Positions 1-13,600 of a DNA stretch of 64,000 nt are shown one piece after another. The notes under the pieces are model-generated. The model saw only the letters and a list, made by a program, of their open reading frames with translations. It made no database searches and had not been told where the DNA came from. Position numbers and translations under genes: made by a program. The stretch comes from Antedon mediterranea (taxonomy: Eukaryota > Animalia > Echinodermata): positions 9,486,001 to 9,550,000 of the forward strand of contig NC_092673.1 in the NCBI RefSeq assembly GCF_964355755.1. The letters are read 5' to 3'. How positions within the stretch are numbered: the first letter of the stretch is position 1; each line of letters starts with the position of its first letter.

Positions 1-1597
1 TTACATACCATGTAGTGTTAGAGTGAGGTGCAGGTGGTTTCAGGTTAAAGACGCCTTTCATGAATTTTCCTAACGGAGTGCCATCTTTGAGGGTCACAAA
101 CGATGACAATGCAGCTTTTGCGATGTTGAGAGCGCTATATCCTAACGTAGGATATAATGATATCCTAACGTAGGATATAGTGCAGTAAAAACATCCAGAA
201 ATTTTACGACAGTGGTATGCATAGAATTAATCTGTCGTTGATGCGAAAATTCCAGTCATTTGTTAACATATATAGTATTGTTTTTTTTTTCTTCTGAAAA
301 GCCATTGTCTTTGAAGATTTCCCGGACAACCTGCAACACATAAGGTATAATCGTTTGTAAAGTGGGTGGTCTCGACTGGAAACCGGTTGAGTAATTATAT
401 TTTTCCCAGATGGAAGTATTATTGGCTCTTCAATTAATGAGAGTAGCTTAGCAAACCAGGGTTGTGAAGGCCATAAACCCATCCGATTCTTCCACCTCTA
501 TTTTTCAAAGGCACTTTGCAATGATGCAAAATGGGGGAAATTAAATGCAAAGAAAATTGTTTTTCCCCAATGAAGTGTAAACGCATCAATAGCAATTGCG
601 TTTGGGTCTGGTTTCCATGATACAAATCTTCTCACTTGAGCATTGAGGTGCGATGCAAACAAATCTATATCAAGTTTTCCATACTGTATACACAGTTTTT
701 GGAAAACTGCCCCATCAAGTTCCCATTCTATTTGGTCATTAAACTTCCTAGATTTTGTATCAGCAATAACATTTTGAATTCCAGGTATGTATTGAGCAGT
801 GACAAATATGTCTCTGGGTATCTCTGGGTATGCACCATTCCCAAATTTCTTTTGCCATAGCATTGCAAGCCTGTAATTTTATTCCCCCCCCCCCCCCATG
901 TTATTTATATACACCATGCTGCAGTGGTATTGTCAATTTTTATCAAAACATGGCTATTTGAACTATTTACACAAAAGGCTTTTAGTGCAAACAAGGCAGC
1001 CTTCATTTCTAGATAGTTTATTTCATTTGACTTGATTTTTTCTATTTCTTTGGAATTCCATCTCCCCCCTATGTGAATAGAACCGTTTGACGCACCCCAT
1101 TCTAGGCCCGAATCATTACTAGTTAGGTTCACAGAGAGTACCCCATGATCTATTTTCTTTGTTGCCGATTTAGCATTTTCACTCCACCATTTGAGTTCCC
1201 TTTTAGCGGTTTGTGTGATGGCCATTTTTCTATCAAAGTGGCCCTTATTTAGTCTCAGTGCATAGATTTTGTCTTTTTCAAGCCCATGGTAATGGTCCAT
1301 ATTGAACACGAGCTTACCTATAACCGATGAGACAAAACGAATAGTGGGCCTAATTTTTGTAATCAGCAATTTACATTGATTACATATTTCTTGGGCCTTT
1401 TCTTTTGTGAGGCTTATTTTCATGATGCGAGAGTTTATTACAAATCCAAAAAATGTTATTTCCCTCACTGGCTCAATTACAGATTTAGATGGATGGATGG
1501 CAAACCCCAAGTTAGAAAATAGTTCTGCTGTTTATTTAGCAGCTTTTTTATTCTTAGCAATTATAATTGTATCATCAATGTAGGCAATAACAGTATG
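1..1597 (-). mobile_element. DIRS1-like tyrosine-recombinase retrotransposon remnant (RT C-part, RNase H, MT-like domain, start of YR); frameshifted and truncated
   Basis: The minus strand reads HTVIAYIDDTIII (YIDD, ~1560-1597), then LGFAIHPSKS and INYLEMKAA..KIDNTTA (RNase H). It continues with DIDLFASHLNAQV..WKPDPNAIAIDAF (DIRS MT-like domain) and GYSALNIAKAALSS..FMKGVFNLKPP (YR N-terminus, 1-150). This domain order is diagnostic of DIRS1. Confidence 0.9.
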
Positions 1598-1711
1598 TAC
1601 GGAGAAGCCGGCCCGGACGCGATTTTTTTTTTCGTACATAAGGAAACGTCACAAAATAAACATGAACACGGAACAAGAAAATTTAACTGATGAATTATTC
1701 ATGTTTATTTT

Positions 1712-3388
1712 GTGACGTTTCATGAGGGGTCCCCAACTTATATACGAAAAAAAAAATCACGGCCCGGACAGGGCGACCTTCCTATGCTTTCCACTATGCT
1801 TCATACTTACCGGCCCTGCGGGCGCGGTATTATGACTAATGACTTATGTAACGGTAACGTATACGATCTTACCGCGAAAGTTAGTGGTTTTTTCCAGTCC
1901 CTTACTTCTGAGTTCAAACCCTTTGAACCAAAAACCAATGATAGTAACACTGTAGTTCCACCCCATTTAATTATCACGCCAGAGACAATTGAGTCTAAGC
2001 TTAAACTTGTGAAATGTAATAAAGCCCCAGACCCGGACGGAATCCCTCCAAGGGTACTACGTGATTTTGCCAATGTCCTTTCCAAGCCGATAAGTGCAAT
2101 AGTTAACTCCAGTTTAAGGGAAGGGGTTCTCCCCATGCTTTGGAAGTCAGCCGATATAATCCCCATTCCAAAGGTTAACCCACCTAAGGTTCTTGAGAAT
2201 GACTTGCGTCCTATTTCGCTGACTTCCACCACCATGAAAGTTATTGAAGGGATCGTAGGGGTAATGATTTGGGTCCAAATTAAAGATAAAATCAAGTTAA
2301 ATCAATTTGGTTGCTCTAAGGGTGTGTCTACCACTGACGCTCTTATAAATTTGTTAACCGAATGCTTTACTGCTACTGACCAAGGAGATGAAATGAGATT
2401 ATTATTGCTTGATTTCAAAAAGGCTTATGATTTAATTGACCATAATATATTAATTGATAAGTTGTATAATTTAGGGGTCGAAGACCATCTAATCTCTTGG
2501 ATCTATGCTTTTCTATGTGATAGAAAACAACGTCTTAAACTAGGCGATTAATTGTCCCCTTGGACAGTCGTTAAGGGCGGTATCCCCCAGGGATCCTGGT
2601 TGGGGCCCATGTTGTTTATCATCTTTGTCGACGATCTTCTGGATGGGGTGCCGTGCATGAAATACATGGACGACACCTCCATCCATGAACGCGTTAGCAA
2701 AGATGGGGCAACTGTACTCCAAACCACTCTTGATGAAACTGTCCAGTGGGCTAAGGATAACAATATGTCCCTTAATATTAAGAAAACGAAAGAGATGAAA
2801 ATTAGTTGTAAAAGGTCAAAGACTGCTTTTGAGCCACTTCATGTTGGAGATTGTAATCTGGAACGTGTGGACGAATTTAAACTCCTTGGTGTAATTATTT
2901 CTCATAATTTGTCATGGCAACCTCATATTGACAAAGTGATTAGTAAATGTAATTCTAGAATGTACTTTCTCAAACAGGTGCGGAGGGCAGGCCTGGATTC
3001 CCCCGCACTTGTCCAATTTTATACTAGTATCATTAGACCAATATTAGAATATGCGGCCCCAGTTTGGGGATCAAATATTACGAAGCAACAGAGTCAACAA
3101 CTTGAACAAATTCAGAGAAGGGCCTTTAAATGTATTTTTCCGCATGCTACTTATTCCGATGCCCGCAGCTTCCTTGGTTTTTCTACCTTAGAAGACCGCC
3201 GTGTTCGACTGTGCAAGGATTTTTTCGTTAAAATCAAAGACCCCAGTCACAGATTGAATCATTTGTTACCAGAGGCTCCTTCTGCTGCTTATAATCTTAG
3301 AAGACTCCGTGAGTTCTGTATCCCTAGAGTTAAAACTAACCGTTCAAAAACGTTTATTATTAATCACGGACTATTCCAAAAATGGTAA
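1712..3388 (+). pseudogene. LINE reverse transcriptase with a single premature stop codon
   Basis: One continuous frame except the TAA at 2549-2551. The true homology starts near 1875. Confidence 0.85.
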
Positions 3389-3763
3389 ACATTTAGTGTT
3401 ATGTTTCCGCGACCTTCCGTACCATTGTGTGTAAATATTTTGGAAAATTTTTGAAGTTTTTAACATTTTTTTAATTTGTAAAAATTTTTAAAACTTTTAC
3501 ATTTTTATAATGCAGGCCTATATCAATATTCTGATGTTTTCAGTTAAACTTGTTTTTAACATTTTGAATATATTTTATTGTTTTTATAATAAGTGATATT
3601 TAATTGTAATTTTGTTTTAATATTTTGATTGTATGTTCTACCTTTCTAAATGTCTTTTATATTTTGATATTGCATTTTATTTTTCTGAGTGAAACGCTTT
3701 TGTTAAACTTCAATCTTTCGTTTGATTGCAATAAAGTTCTATTCGTATTCGTATTCGTATATT
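1875..3763 (+). mobile_element. 5'-truncated CR1/L2-group LINE (RT and C-terminus, 3' UTR, microsatellite tail)
   Basis: Motifs KAPDPDGIP, LRPISLT, DFKKAYD, GIPQGSWLGP and YMDD are present. ORFs 1712-2551 and 2552-3388 share a frame and are split by one TAA (2549-2551). AATAAA is followed by an (ATTCGT)n tail at ~3730-3763. Confidence 0.9.
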
Positions 3764-4438
3764 CCTGCTATTAATTAGCACGCCTGGCCCCACAGGGTTG
3801 GCGAAACCTGTCAACTATTTTTTGTGATTGTTCGTTATTCCTAATACCAAGTGATAAGTTGTCCATCACGAAACAATGCTTAATCAATAATCAATTTTTC
3901 TTTAGATATCCGATGTTGAAGACTTCTGATTTTGTGCGTATCCAATGAACTGACGTGCGCGTGCGCGTGCGCAACAGGATCCGTAGCGAAATAAAATATT
4001 TTTTTCGTGAGTCTCCTTCCATTTCGATCTTCAAAGCTCACTTGAAGACTTACTTGTTTCGTTCCGTGCTAATTTATTATTTGCATTTTTTTATTTTTTG
4101 TTATGCAGGATAGTCTGTTGCTCACGTTACTATGACACTTGTGAATAAATAGCTATCTTGTCTTGCCAAGTTAGTGAAACAGTGTGGTGATGTGAGACTC
4201 TGTTTTCAGACTTTTTTCTGTTGCCTTGGTCAATTTGTTCTGTTAATTAGGCTTTTTCCTGATTTATTTAACAATAACACGTTCTTTTTACACTAGTGTT
4301 AATCAGAGCATAGAGACTATATTTGTATTTTGCGCTATAAAAAATTAAAAACCATTTTAGCATTAACTCATATTTCTTATTAGTCAGAGCGTACTGTAGG
4401 CGTTATTTAAATATATTTTACTTTAAATTATTTTAAAG

Positions 4439-4682
4439 GCAGAATATAGATCTGAGAACCAAATTGGCATCTACCAAGACCAGCCTGAGGGACATGGATG
4501 CAAAAATGGAGAAATTGAGCATTGAAAGAGATGGGTATGTAAAGGAAACAGCAGAGCTTAAGAAAACTTTACATAATGCAGAGGATAACAAAGCAATTCT
4601 GGAATCACATATCAGTGAGAAAGAAAAAACTCTGTATAGCCAAACTGTAAGATACTCGTGCCTAAATAGTCAATTGCAAAAG
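4439..4682 (+). CDS. Coiled-coil protein gene, internal exon a (upstream exons not identified)
   Basis: ttttaaag| acceptor and |gtaagc donor. Heptad-rich QNIDLRTKLASTKTSLRDMDAKMEKL..LQK. Ends in phase 0. Confidence 0.8.
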
Positions 4683-4895
4683 GTAAGCATAATAATTGTA
4701 ATATCTAGGTCGTGCCAACGGATGGTTCTCGAATACACAGTAATTTCAGTGTTAAAAAAACTGCCGATTTCAAATGTACTTACTGCAGTCAACTAAAATT
4801 ATGCCTTTAACTTTTGTTTGTTAATATCTTTGATTGGCTGATTTGTTTTATTATGTAATTTTGTGACTTATATATGTTATTCTTTGTTACAATTC

Positions 4896-4938
4896 TCTTC
4901 ACCTGATGATGGGCTATGCCCGAAACATGTCGTAAAAA
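4896..4938 (+). ncRNA. Penelope-type minimal hammerhead ribozyme motif
   Basis: CTGATGA-T-GGGC(TAT)GCCC-GAAAC-AT-GTC with a palindromic ACATGT stem III. Stem I has one mismatch. AATAAA follows. Confidence 0.6.
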
Positions 4939-4981
4939 TAAATCTATATTGAGGCAGTTTTAACTTATTTGATCTTGATTT

Positions 4982-4987
<6 letters not shown>

Positions 4988-5031
<44 letters not shown>
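4988..5031. repeat. (TA)n microsatellite
   Basis: Directly visible. Confidence 0.95.
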
Positions 5032-5032
<1 letters not shown>

Positions 5033-5034
<2 letters not shown>

Positions 5035-5620
5035 GGTTGAAAGTATCTGACCGTTAGGATAGAGTGCTCAATACCAAGGTAGAGCATCAATAAATAAATT
5101 AAATAACAGCAGAAAACTTGGTTACTTCATTGTTTTAATTGCTACAAATCTGTTTCGTATGACCAGCATGTAGCTGGCCGCAGTCTTCAGGCGAAATATA
5201 AAACATAAGTGACACAGTTATATCACAGGGATTAATTGAAGTGAGTCATCAGGAAGTCGTATACAATAGCCTATTGTTTCAATTAGATAAACTATTAGGA
5301 TCTGCAATTTAGTAAGAACTTTTTCCTATGTCTGCAAGTCGAAATTAACTCGTTCTTACGGTTCAGTGAGCATAGCTCTGGTTATAATAATAATATACTT
5401 TTCATGTACATAAATTACATCTTTTGTTAATATTTGAGTCTTTAGTCAACCGTATCGAATGATAGCGCCGTTTACACCTATCCTTGGAACAGAATGTATT
5501 TTGTAAATCACGGTTTGGCTCAGTGAGCAAATCGCCATGACCATTGATATCAATGCTTAGTAGGTTCGAGTTCAATCCGCGACATGTGTAATAATTAAGT
5601 ATCACCGTTTAAAGCTAAAA
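5033..5620 (-). mobile_element. Degraded Penelope-like element end with a decayed hammerhead motif (5138-5196)
   Basis: The minus strand has CTGAAGA..GCCAGC-TACAT-GCTGGT..GAAACAGATTTGTA. Flanking coding remnants are heavily decayed. Confidence 0.45.
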
Positions 5621-5929
5621 ATCAAAACTAAACTGTAATGTAATTACAAAACTAGCAAAAAAGATACCAAAAAATAAAAAAATAAAAATTGAAAAAAAAA
5701 ACACACACAAATAAAACGAATCCAAATGAGTGTCGTGTTCCCGCTAAATATCAAATATCAACGAAAAATACACCCAAATTTTCGACTAAATTTTTATTAT
5801 TCTAATAATTCGATAACATTAAAATGTTTTAATCTCTGCAAGTTGTCACTTTCTGAGGCGCACCCCAAATCCAGTATTGCTTTTATTGTAGCTTACAGAT
5901 ATTTCAAAGTACTTCATGTATAACAAAAT

Positions 5930-6683
5930 CAATGGCCGTAAGTAGTTCCGAATTGTATTGTTTGTTTAAAAAAAAAACCAATTTGTTGGGGCCGGGAAGC
6001 GATTTTTTATTTCGTACAGAGGTTGGGGCCCCTTATGTGAAAGATAGTTAAGTTCCTAAATATAACTAAACCTAACCCTCTAAATAATCTCTCTCTCACT
6101 ATAAAGTAAAGAGAACTTGCTCATCGGATTCGAACCCCATACATCAACATGTAAAGTCCATAGCCTAATCCACTCGACTACACAGACGGCTCGACAGAAA
6201 ACCTTTGTATTAGCGAATTGTTAGCTCATTGCTAATGTAGCAATGTGTTTTCATTTGATTGATTTATCAACTTATTATCGTATCAAATAATTAATACACC
6301 ACAAAAAACACCCAAAATAATTATAGTTTGGCATTTTTATACTTTCGTTATGTATTTGCGCGCATCATCTAATTTACACGGCACAATTTTTCCTTAGCGT
6401 CTTTTATTTTCCAGTCAAAAGTAAAGTCTAAAGTTCCATATACACTGTACTACTATTGCTTTAATGTTTTAGCCTACATATATTGAAGTGAAGGAATAGT
6501 GTATAACAAACCAATGGCCGTAAATACAGTAGTTCCGAATTTTATTCGTGATACAATTTGTTTTTATTTTAATAATTTGTCAAAAGTACTTTTATCAAAG
6601 TGCGCTGTTATTATATTTGCCCATGCAAAGTATATAACATACTAAGGCAGAAAAAGACCGTGTGGAGCACGGGTTACTGCTAG
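5930..6683 (+). mobile_element. Non-autonomous Helitron 3' portion carrying an antisense tRNA-like A/B-box segment (6105-6190)
   Basis: Hairpin CCGTG-TGGAG-CACGG followed by CTAG|T at ~6658-6684. The minus strand has TAGTCGAGTGG and GGTTCGAATCC. The 5' boundary is uncertain. Confidence 0.55.
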
Positions 6684-6810
6684 TACTGTATTATACATAG
6701 ACACAAAATAGAGAGGGCACATTAACATTTTATTTTCTACAGATCACAATGATCATTATTTATTAAAACATGTTAACATCCTTCTCTAAACCTGTAATTT
6801 ATTCCAATAG

Positions 6811-7014
6811 ACACAGAATTCATTGGCAACTGTCCATGAAGCACTTAAGAATTCCAAGGATTACAATGCCAGCTTATTAAGAGAACGATCTGATCTCCAG
6901 GCCAAATTGGAATCTCTCAGAGAAGCTTGGGAAGATGACAAAACCAAACTTGCATTAATTCAGGAGAGCTTTACTAACACAGAATCAAAACATGAAAAAA
7001 CAGTAGAGATGCTG
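6811..7014 (+). CDS. Coiled-coil protein gene, exon b
   Basis: caatag| and |gtatgt, phase 0-0. Encodes TQNSLATVHEALKNSK..KTVEML. Confidence 0.8.
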
Positions 7015-7245
7015 GTATGTACTATAACACACATGGTTGCTATTATGTTTTCTGTGAAAATTGTAATGCAGAACGGTGTAAAACGATTGATATCAAGCAA
7101 GTAAGATCACCTCTGTCTATGTAATGCTGCATGCTGTGTTAGCTAAACAATGATCCAATCCACTTTTTGTTATTTTGGCAATCTAATTTTTGTTTGTTTG
7201 ATGGTTCATACCTTCAGACATGGAAGATACACTAATGTGTAAAAA

Positions 7246-7900
7246 TCCATATATATATAAAAGGCAAACACAAAATGTTTGTCCGCTATGCACTACGCCG
7301 TTCAACATCCGATCCGTCTGAAATTCACACCCAACATCCATCTTGCTACGGAGATGGTCATAGGGTATATAAAAAGTTTGTAAACAAAATATTTACTGAA
7401 TTATGAGTTCTTAAATAATAAAAAAAATACCCCTGGATCAAAAGGCTATCAAATTCATCCCATGTGGCTAATTTAATGCAAATTGTAGAAAAAAAATGCC
7501 TATTTTGAATCTATTATCGCTCCTCGTGATCCTCAACAGTGACCCACCATTTTTTCAACTTATGAAAACTAATGAGTATATTTTGCTTGACGAGTGAGTG
7601 TCTTGATGTCATCATATTTTAAAATATTTTTTTTCTTTTTTATGCTAGTTAATTAAATTTAATTTCTAAGCATCCCGCTTATCCATATTTCAATTTCCCC
7701 ATATTAAAATTTTTTCATGCTCAATCAATTACCTTTCGTAATTTTAATATTGATAACGTCTGTCAGTGTCATGTCTAAAAATTTGAATAACCTGGGTCAC
7801 TTAATTTTATCATTACAGTATTTTCCTATCTCTTATATAGCTCCTCCGAATTGTGATAGTGATAGTCGTGATTAAAACATATTTTGCGTATCTGAAGTTC
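7246..7900 (+). mobile_element. Helitron 5' end fragment
   Basis: A|TCCATATATATATAAAAG start typical of Helitron1. The 3' end was not found. Confidence 0.5.
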
Positions 7901-8102
7901 AGATAATTATTTTGGAAGCTGTTATTTCATTTCATTTTGAAAACCTTGTGTTAACAATTAGTTAGTATGTATATAATAATACAGTATGACACAAAATAGC
8001 ACTAACAACATATTATTTTCTTCAGGTCATGGTAGTATTGACCAGTAACATCCAATAATTGATTAAAAGAACATTGTTATCTGTTTGATGTTAATATTTT
8101 AG

Positions 8103-8282
8103 AATGAAGTGCAGGAAAGTAACAATAGCCTTAACTCATCCCTGCTAGACTTAGACAGCAAATACAGTGCGGAATTAGCCAAGGTTAAATTACTACTAGA
8201 ACATGATTCAGAATTGGAAACAAAAATTACAAGTTATGACATGAGGGTAAATATACTCAATGAACAGGTGGCTTATTATAAG
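8103..8282 (+). CDS. Coiled-coil protein gene, exon c
   Basis: ttttag| and |gtatgt, phase 0-0. Encodes NEVQESNNSL..QVAYYK. Confidence 0.8.
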
Positions 8283-8764
8283 GTATGTTGGTCAATACAA
8301 ACCAATCTAATTACTAATACTAGATGGTATGTTCGCTTCGCTTGTATACCATATAGGTCATGCATTTAATCACAGTAGAACCACATATTAAGGGTACACT
8401 TTTGGGACACTAACCTAAAAAAGGTACCACTGTTGATGATCGGTTAAAATGGAATCAAGATACACTCAGTCAACAAAAACTTTATATGATGCGTCAACTA
8501 AGAAAATTGAATATTGACCTTTGGGTTTAATAAAACATTAATTTTTCCAAAATGTTCGACATTTGGCACGATTGATCTACGCCAAATATCTTATATACTA
8601 AAGATGTGACACTACCCGCGTTTACGTGTAACACTTTAGAAGCGTCAAATTATAGTGCGCCCCCTCGCTTAAACAAGTAACAAACTTTTGCGTGAAGATG
8701 ATCGCAGTATTCTTTAGAAAATGGGATTGAGGAGTCGTGCCAAAGTTTGTATGGTTAAGAAACA

Positions 8765-9960
8765 ATGAATGAAAAGAGAAAAAGTGGAGGGATGTACTGT
8801 GCTGCAATTAATTGTAAAAGCAATTCAAAGGCCAACCCAGAACTTAAGCTTTACAATTTTCCCAAAGACAAGAACAGGTAAATTTATGTAATTAAATAAG
8901 TAGCCTACATCTTAACATATGCTATGTAGGCCTAGGGACTAATCTTACTTTACTGTATTCAATTTATACATATATTAATAAACTAGGCTAGGTAGGCCTA
9001 TTATTAATAATTATTATTTAAACGTATGAAATGATTATTAGTATCATTATTAGGCTACTACTAGTACATTAGTTATAACAGTGAAATTACACTAATTTCA
9101 CTGTTCCCTGGTTATATTACTTATCCTTTAAAATTTAGTACCCTTAACAAAAAATTTTTAAAACTTTCAATTCAAGAAACATTTATTGACCAAATATATA
9201 TCATTACAATTGTTGGCATATAAGTAAAAATTTGGTCGAAAGACTACAAGAAGCCCAATTGGCATGTCGCTGTAGGCCTAGGCCCTAGTCCCTCTTTTTA
9301 CATTATACAAATAATAATAATAATAATACTTAATATAAACAAATTGTGATCTTGATTATTTCATGCTTTCCGTCTCATGGTTAATATTTGCTTTCTGTCT
9401 CATGGTTATTTTATTTTGTTTAATTTAACTAGCCGTTACATACATTACAGTATATTAACGCATGAAATGATTATTATTATCATTATTAGGCTAGGACATT
9501 AGTTATAATAACAGTGAAATTACACTATTTGTATTGTTCCCTGGTTATATTACTTATCCGTTGAGTAGCCCTAACAAACAATTTTTAATTGAATCTTATA
9601 CTTAATATTTATGAAATTCAACCGTTAGTTAGTGGTTTTAGGTTAGGCTTAAGTATTTGATTTTAGGCCCTAACCAATTTGAAAATCAATTAGCATGCAC
9701 GTAGACGTCCTATAATTACGTAAACGTTAATTATGATAAAGCAAAAACTCACTAGACAATTATTAATTTACAGGTGTGCAAAATGGGCCCAGAACACACG
9801 ACGCGCGGATTTGAGAACGAAACCAAGTTCCTATTTACACCTAATTGCCACTTGTGCAATATTCATTTCGAATTAGAATCTCAAATACTGATGGTCACAA
9901 AAAGATTGTATGGAATGCATTCCCTACAATATTTGATGTCCCAAATCCACCACACCAAGT
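8765..9960 (+). pseudogene. THAP zinc-finger domain of the P-element transposase, two exons (8765-8877, 9774-~9960), frameshifted
   Basis: MNEKRKSGGMYCAAINCKSN..YNFPKDKNR|CAKWAQNTRRADL..CHLCNIHFE..WNAFPTIFDVPNPP gives the C2CH signature and AVPTIF box. The GT-AG intron is phase 2. Confidence 0.85.
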
Positions 9961-10634
9961 AGTTAATGTCCAACTATCTGTGAAAAGATTTTTGTTTCTA
10001 ACTGTAACAAATACTTACATACATCAAACATCAGCAGAAAAATAAAGTTAAAAATCGCTACCATGTTACATAGATTTGGTATGAAGTTGAATCTTTGTTC
10101 ACCAGCAATTGAAACATTGCTAATTGAAACGTACGTAAACATACGCATATTCTTCAACAGAGACATAATCAGTGATAAGAAGAAGAGTAAAAAATTAATT
10201 AAAGTATCACATTTATGAGGTATGGTAAAGTTGTAGGAGGTCTGTACGCGCCCCGGTCTGTGCATTATCTGCTAGAAATGATGATCATTACGACGGTCTG
10301 GTATGATGATTGAATAATTGTAAATATGATGATTTTATTTCAATGTTTCTACATTTTTTATATTTCCTCTGGGTGGCCCGTGCTTCATTTCGCAATAGTT
10401 ATTGAGTTAATTTTAAACTGAGACTACTATAACATAACTTATTGTTATCTCAGGTTTTAAATAAATTATAATAATAAATGAATGTCATGGCGAATGATGG
10501 GTACATGTATGCCTAGTATGAATACTGGTACTGGTACTGGTTCAAATAACCGTCTCACAGAGACATCTGGTAGCCATTGACTTGAAGTTGGCATTTGGAT
10601 GTGTTACTTTTAAATGTAGGCCTACAGTATGAGA

Positions 10635-13600
10635 GTGACTACTACCAAATTACACAGTCACAAAACAACTTATAAAACAGTTCATATATACAGTTAAAAC
10701 ATTGCTGGGAATTATAAATTTCTGTTGAAGCAGGCTCTAATGAAGTTGCATCTAGTAAGTTGACTTTGTTGTACAACTCTATCAAGTACTGATGGTATCT
10801 TCCGACCTCTTCGTTTACTTTGTGTTGTGTGAAAAGTAAGAATTTTTGTAGGATCTTCATTTTCTTTTCTAATTACATGTCCGATCCAGTTGAATTGTTG
10901 CTTGTAGACATATTCTTCTAGCGGTTGACAGCCAGTAATTTTGTAGAGATCGTCATCAATTACGTAACGCCAGTCTATATAGTTTTCATCTGTTTCTTCA
11001 TCTGAGGATATGTCTACATGGTTTGGTGGGCAGACTCTTTGAAAGCCATTCACTAGCATTCTTCTTAGGAAGGTTTTGTATGTTGTGCTAAGTTTGGACA
11101 TTTCACTTCCTGTTGCCCTCCAAGCATGGCAACCATAGGTGAGTCTACTCCTAACTAGACCATTAAGAAACATCATTCTTGTTTGTAGGTGGATCGTTCT
11201 GTTGGTAAGCAATGCCCTATTCTCTGCAAATGCTCCTTTGGCTGAATTGATTCTGTATTTTACTTCTTGATCTCCAATATGAACATCATTGTAGGTAGCC
11301 CATACACCAAGGTATCTAAAGTGTGTTACGTTGTTAATGTGTACGCCGCCAATTTGTATGATGCATCTTGGGTATTCTTCAACTTCCTCTTTCCAGTTCC
11401 ATATAATGGTTTCTGTTTTGGGGGCACTAATTCTTAGACCAAATTCCAGACAAACTTTATTCAAGATGTTCACAATGGTTTGCAGTTCTTCCTGTGACCA
11501 GGAGCTTACAGCAAAGTCGTCAGCATAGCCACTTTCAAAGTCGTCATAGATGCCCCTTGATGGTGCTTTACATCTTTGAGCACGATTTGTAGCTTCAATA
11601 GGAATTAGGTATTGTATCATTAGGCCATCCAAACTAGCATCTTTACAGCGTTGTTTGAACACTCTAATAACGTAATCAAAATATTGGTTAAACATGCTGG
11701 TACTCTCAATACCACCCTGTCGCACCCCAGAAGATGTTTCGAACTTATCATCACTCGGATCGTCGTCAGCAAGGTATGCTTTCGTTGAGCTGTACAGTGA
11801 TTGTATAATGTCAATCATAGTAGTAGACTGGTTTAAGTGAAACCTATTACGAACGCTTAGGAAAAGAAGATTACGATTCACATGGTCGAATGCTGCTGTT
11901 AAATCAATGAAGCATGTATAGAGTTTGCGATTTAAGCGATACGCAATTTCCTGGATCTGCTTGATTACATATATAGCATCATTGCACCCTCTGTTGGACC
12001 TGAATCCAAACTGTGTGCGTAGAAGTTGACTTTCATAAAAGATGGAAAAACGTGAAAGAATGATAACCATAAGTATCTTTGAAAATGTAGACCCAATCGA
12101 TATTCCTCTATACATTGATGGATCAAGTGGACTGCCTTTTTTTTCCAAATGGTTGTTAATTTGGACAGTCCCCAATCACTTGGTACTTCTTTCGTTCTCC
12201 AAATTTCCTCAAACAGTCTATGTACATGGTCGACGAATACTGGGTTCTCTGTGGCGACTTGCAACATTTCAGAAGCGACATCTAGGGTAGCTTTGCGACC
12301 TTTTAGATGTCCGATTGCATCAATAATTTCTTTCTTGGACGGAGGTTCATTGTCTATCTCAAATTCTGGTTGTCTCAGGTTGATAATATATTCTGGAGGT
12401 GTGCTAATTTCATCTGGGATTTTAAGGCTAGATTGGTCTGGATTAAAGTGATCTTTAAAGTGTTCACGTAATCCAGGACATTTTATAGGCTTTGGTGCTT
12501 TTCTTATAACATCACCGTGCTCCTTAGCTTTTCTCCATAAATCAAATATTTTTCTATTTTGGTGGGCTTCATTTAACTTGCTTGCTTCTTCATACAAATA
12601 TTCATTCCGTAGTGTCTTCACCCTTATCTTAATTGCTTTCTGCATAGCCTTGATCTCCTCTTCTTTGTAGGTAACTGTGCTTTTGTTAATATTCTTTCTT
12701 TCTTTTATAAGCTGTTGTAGTCTTTCATCACCATCCCAGGGATGAGCATTTTGGTTTCTTGTTTTCTTCGGGACTTCTTCAACTGCCTTATTTAGCACTG
12801 TCATAAGTGTTGTATAGCGCTCAGTTGATGTAGTGGTTGTTGTCTTTTCAGGAGAAGTAATTTTATTAATTTCTTCTTCTATCTTTGTTTTAACATTATT
12901 TCTTACTTCTCGATCTTTAAGTTTACTCATGTTGGCTCTCTTGCTCTGTTTTTTCTTTTTATGCTTCTTAACCTGGCTGCTTTGTTGGCTAGTGTTGTCA
13001 TATTACTCACAAGGATTCTATGATCCGACGAAAGATAATAGTTGTTATAGACTCTTGTGTCAGTAACATACTTCCTCAACCAGTGATCACATATGTTGTA
13101 ATCTAGTATTTTCTTTGTAACACCATCGTTGCTATGCCAAGTGATCCGATGAACGTTTGGATGGTCAAACCAGGTGTTCAGTATGCATAGCTTGAAGTCA
13201 GAGCAGTAGTTGATGAGTCTTGTGTCATCTGTGTCTTGAAATCTATGTAGGTTTCCATCAAAGAGTGATTTTCTGGTTGTTATTGTTGATGTTGCATTAA
13301 AGTCTCCCATCAGTAAGAGTTTTGTGTTGTTCTCGACTCTTAGAATATATCCTTTGATGATTCTGAACCGGATTCCGTAGGAGAGTACGCAGACACAATT
13401 CTTAATTTACAATTTTTTATTGTGACGTCTATTGCCATTAAACGTTCATAAACATAATAAACATTAGACACTTTGATATGGGGTGACTGTTTGATGGCAA
13501 TAGCAACCCCATACATCTTTTTGATTTTCAGTCCAGTCCAGTATACATTGTAGCCCTCATGTGAGATTGCACCGGTACCAATCCGTCTCACTTCCTGCAT

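Noticed and set aside
2549-2551. Programmed stop-codon readthrough or alternative genetic code in the LINE ORF
   Set aside because: A single nonsense mutation in a dead-on-arrival copy is simpler, and other ORFs use TAA as stop.
6105-6190. tRNA genes (also 16059, 45700, 54621)
   Set aside because: They have A/B boxes but no convincing cloverleaf or terminator, and all are embedded in SINEs or Helitrons.
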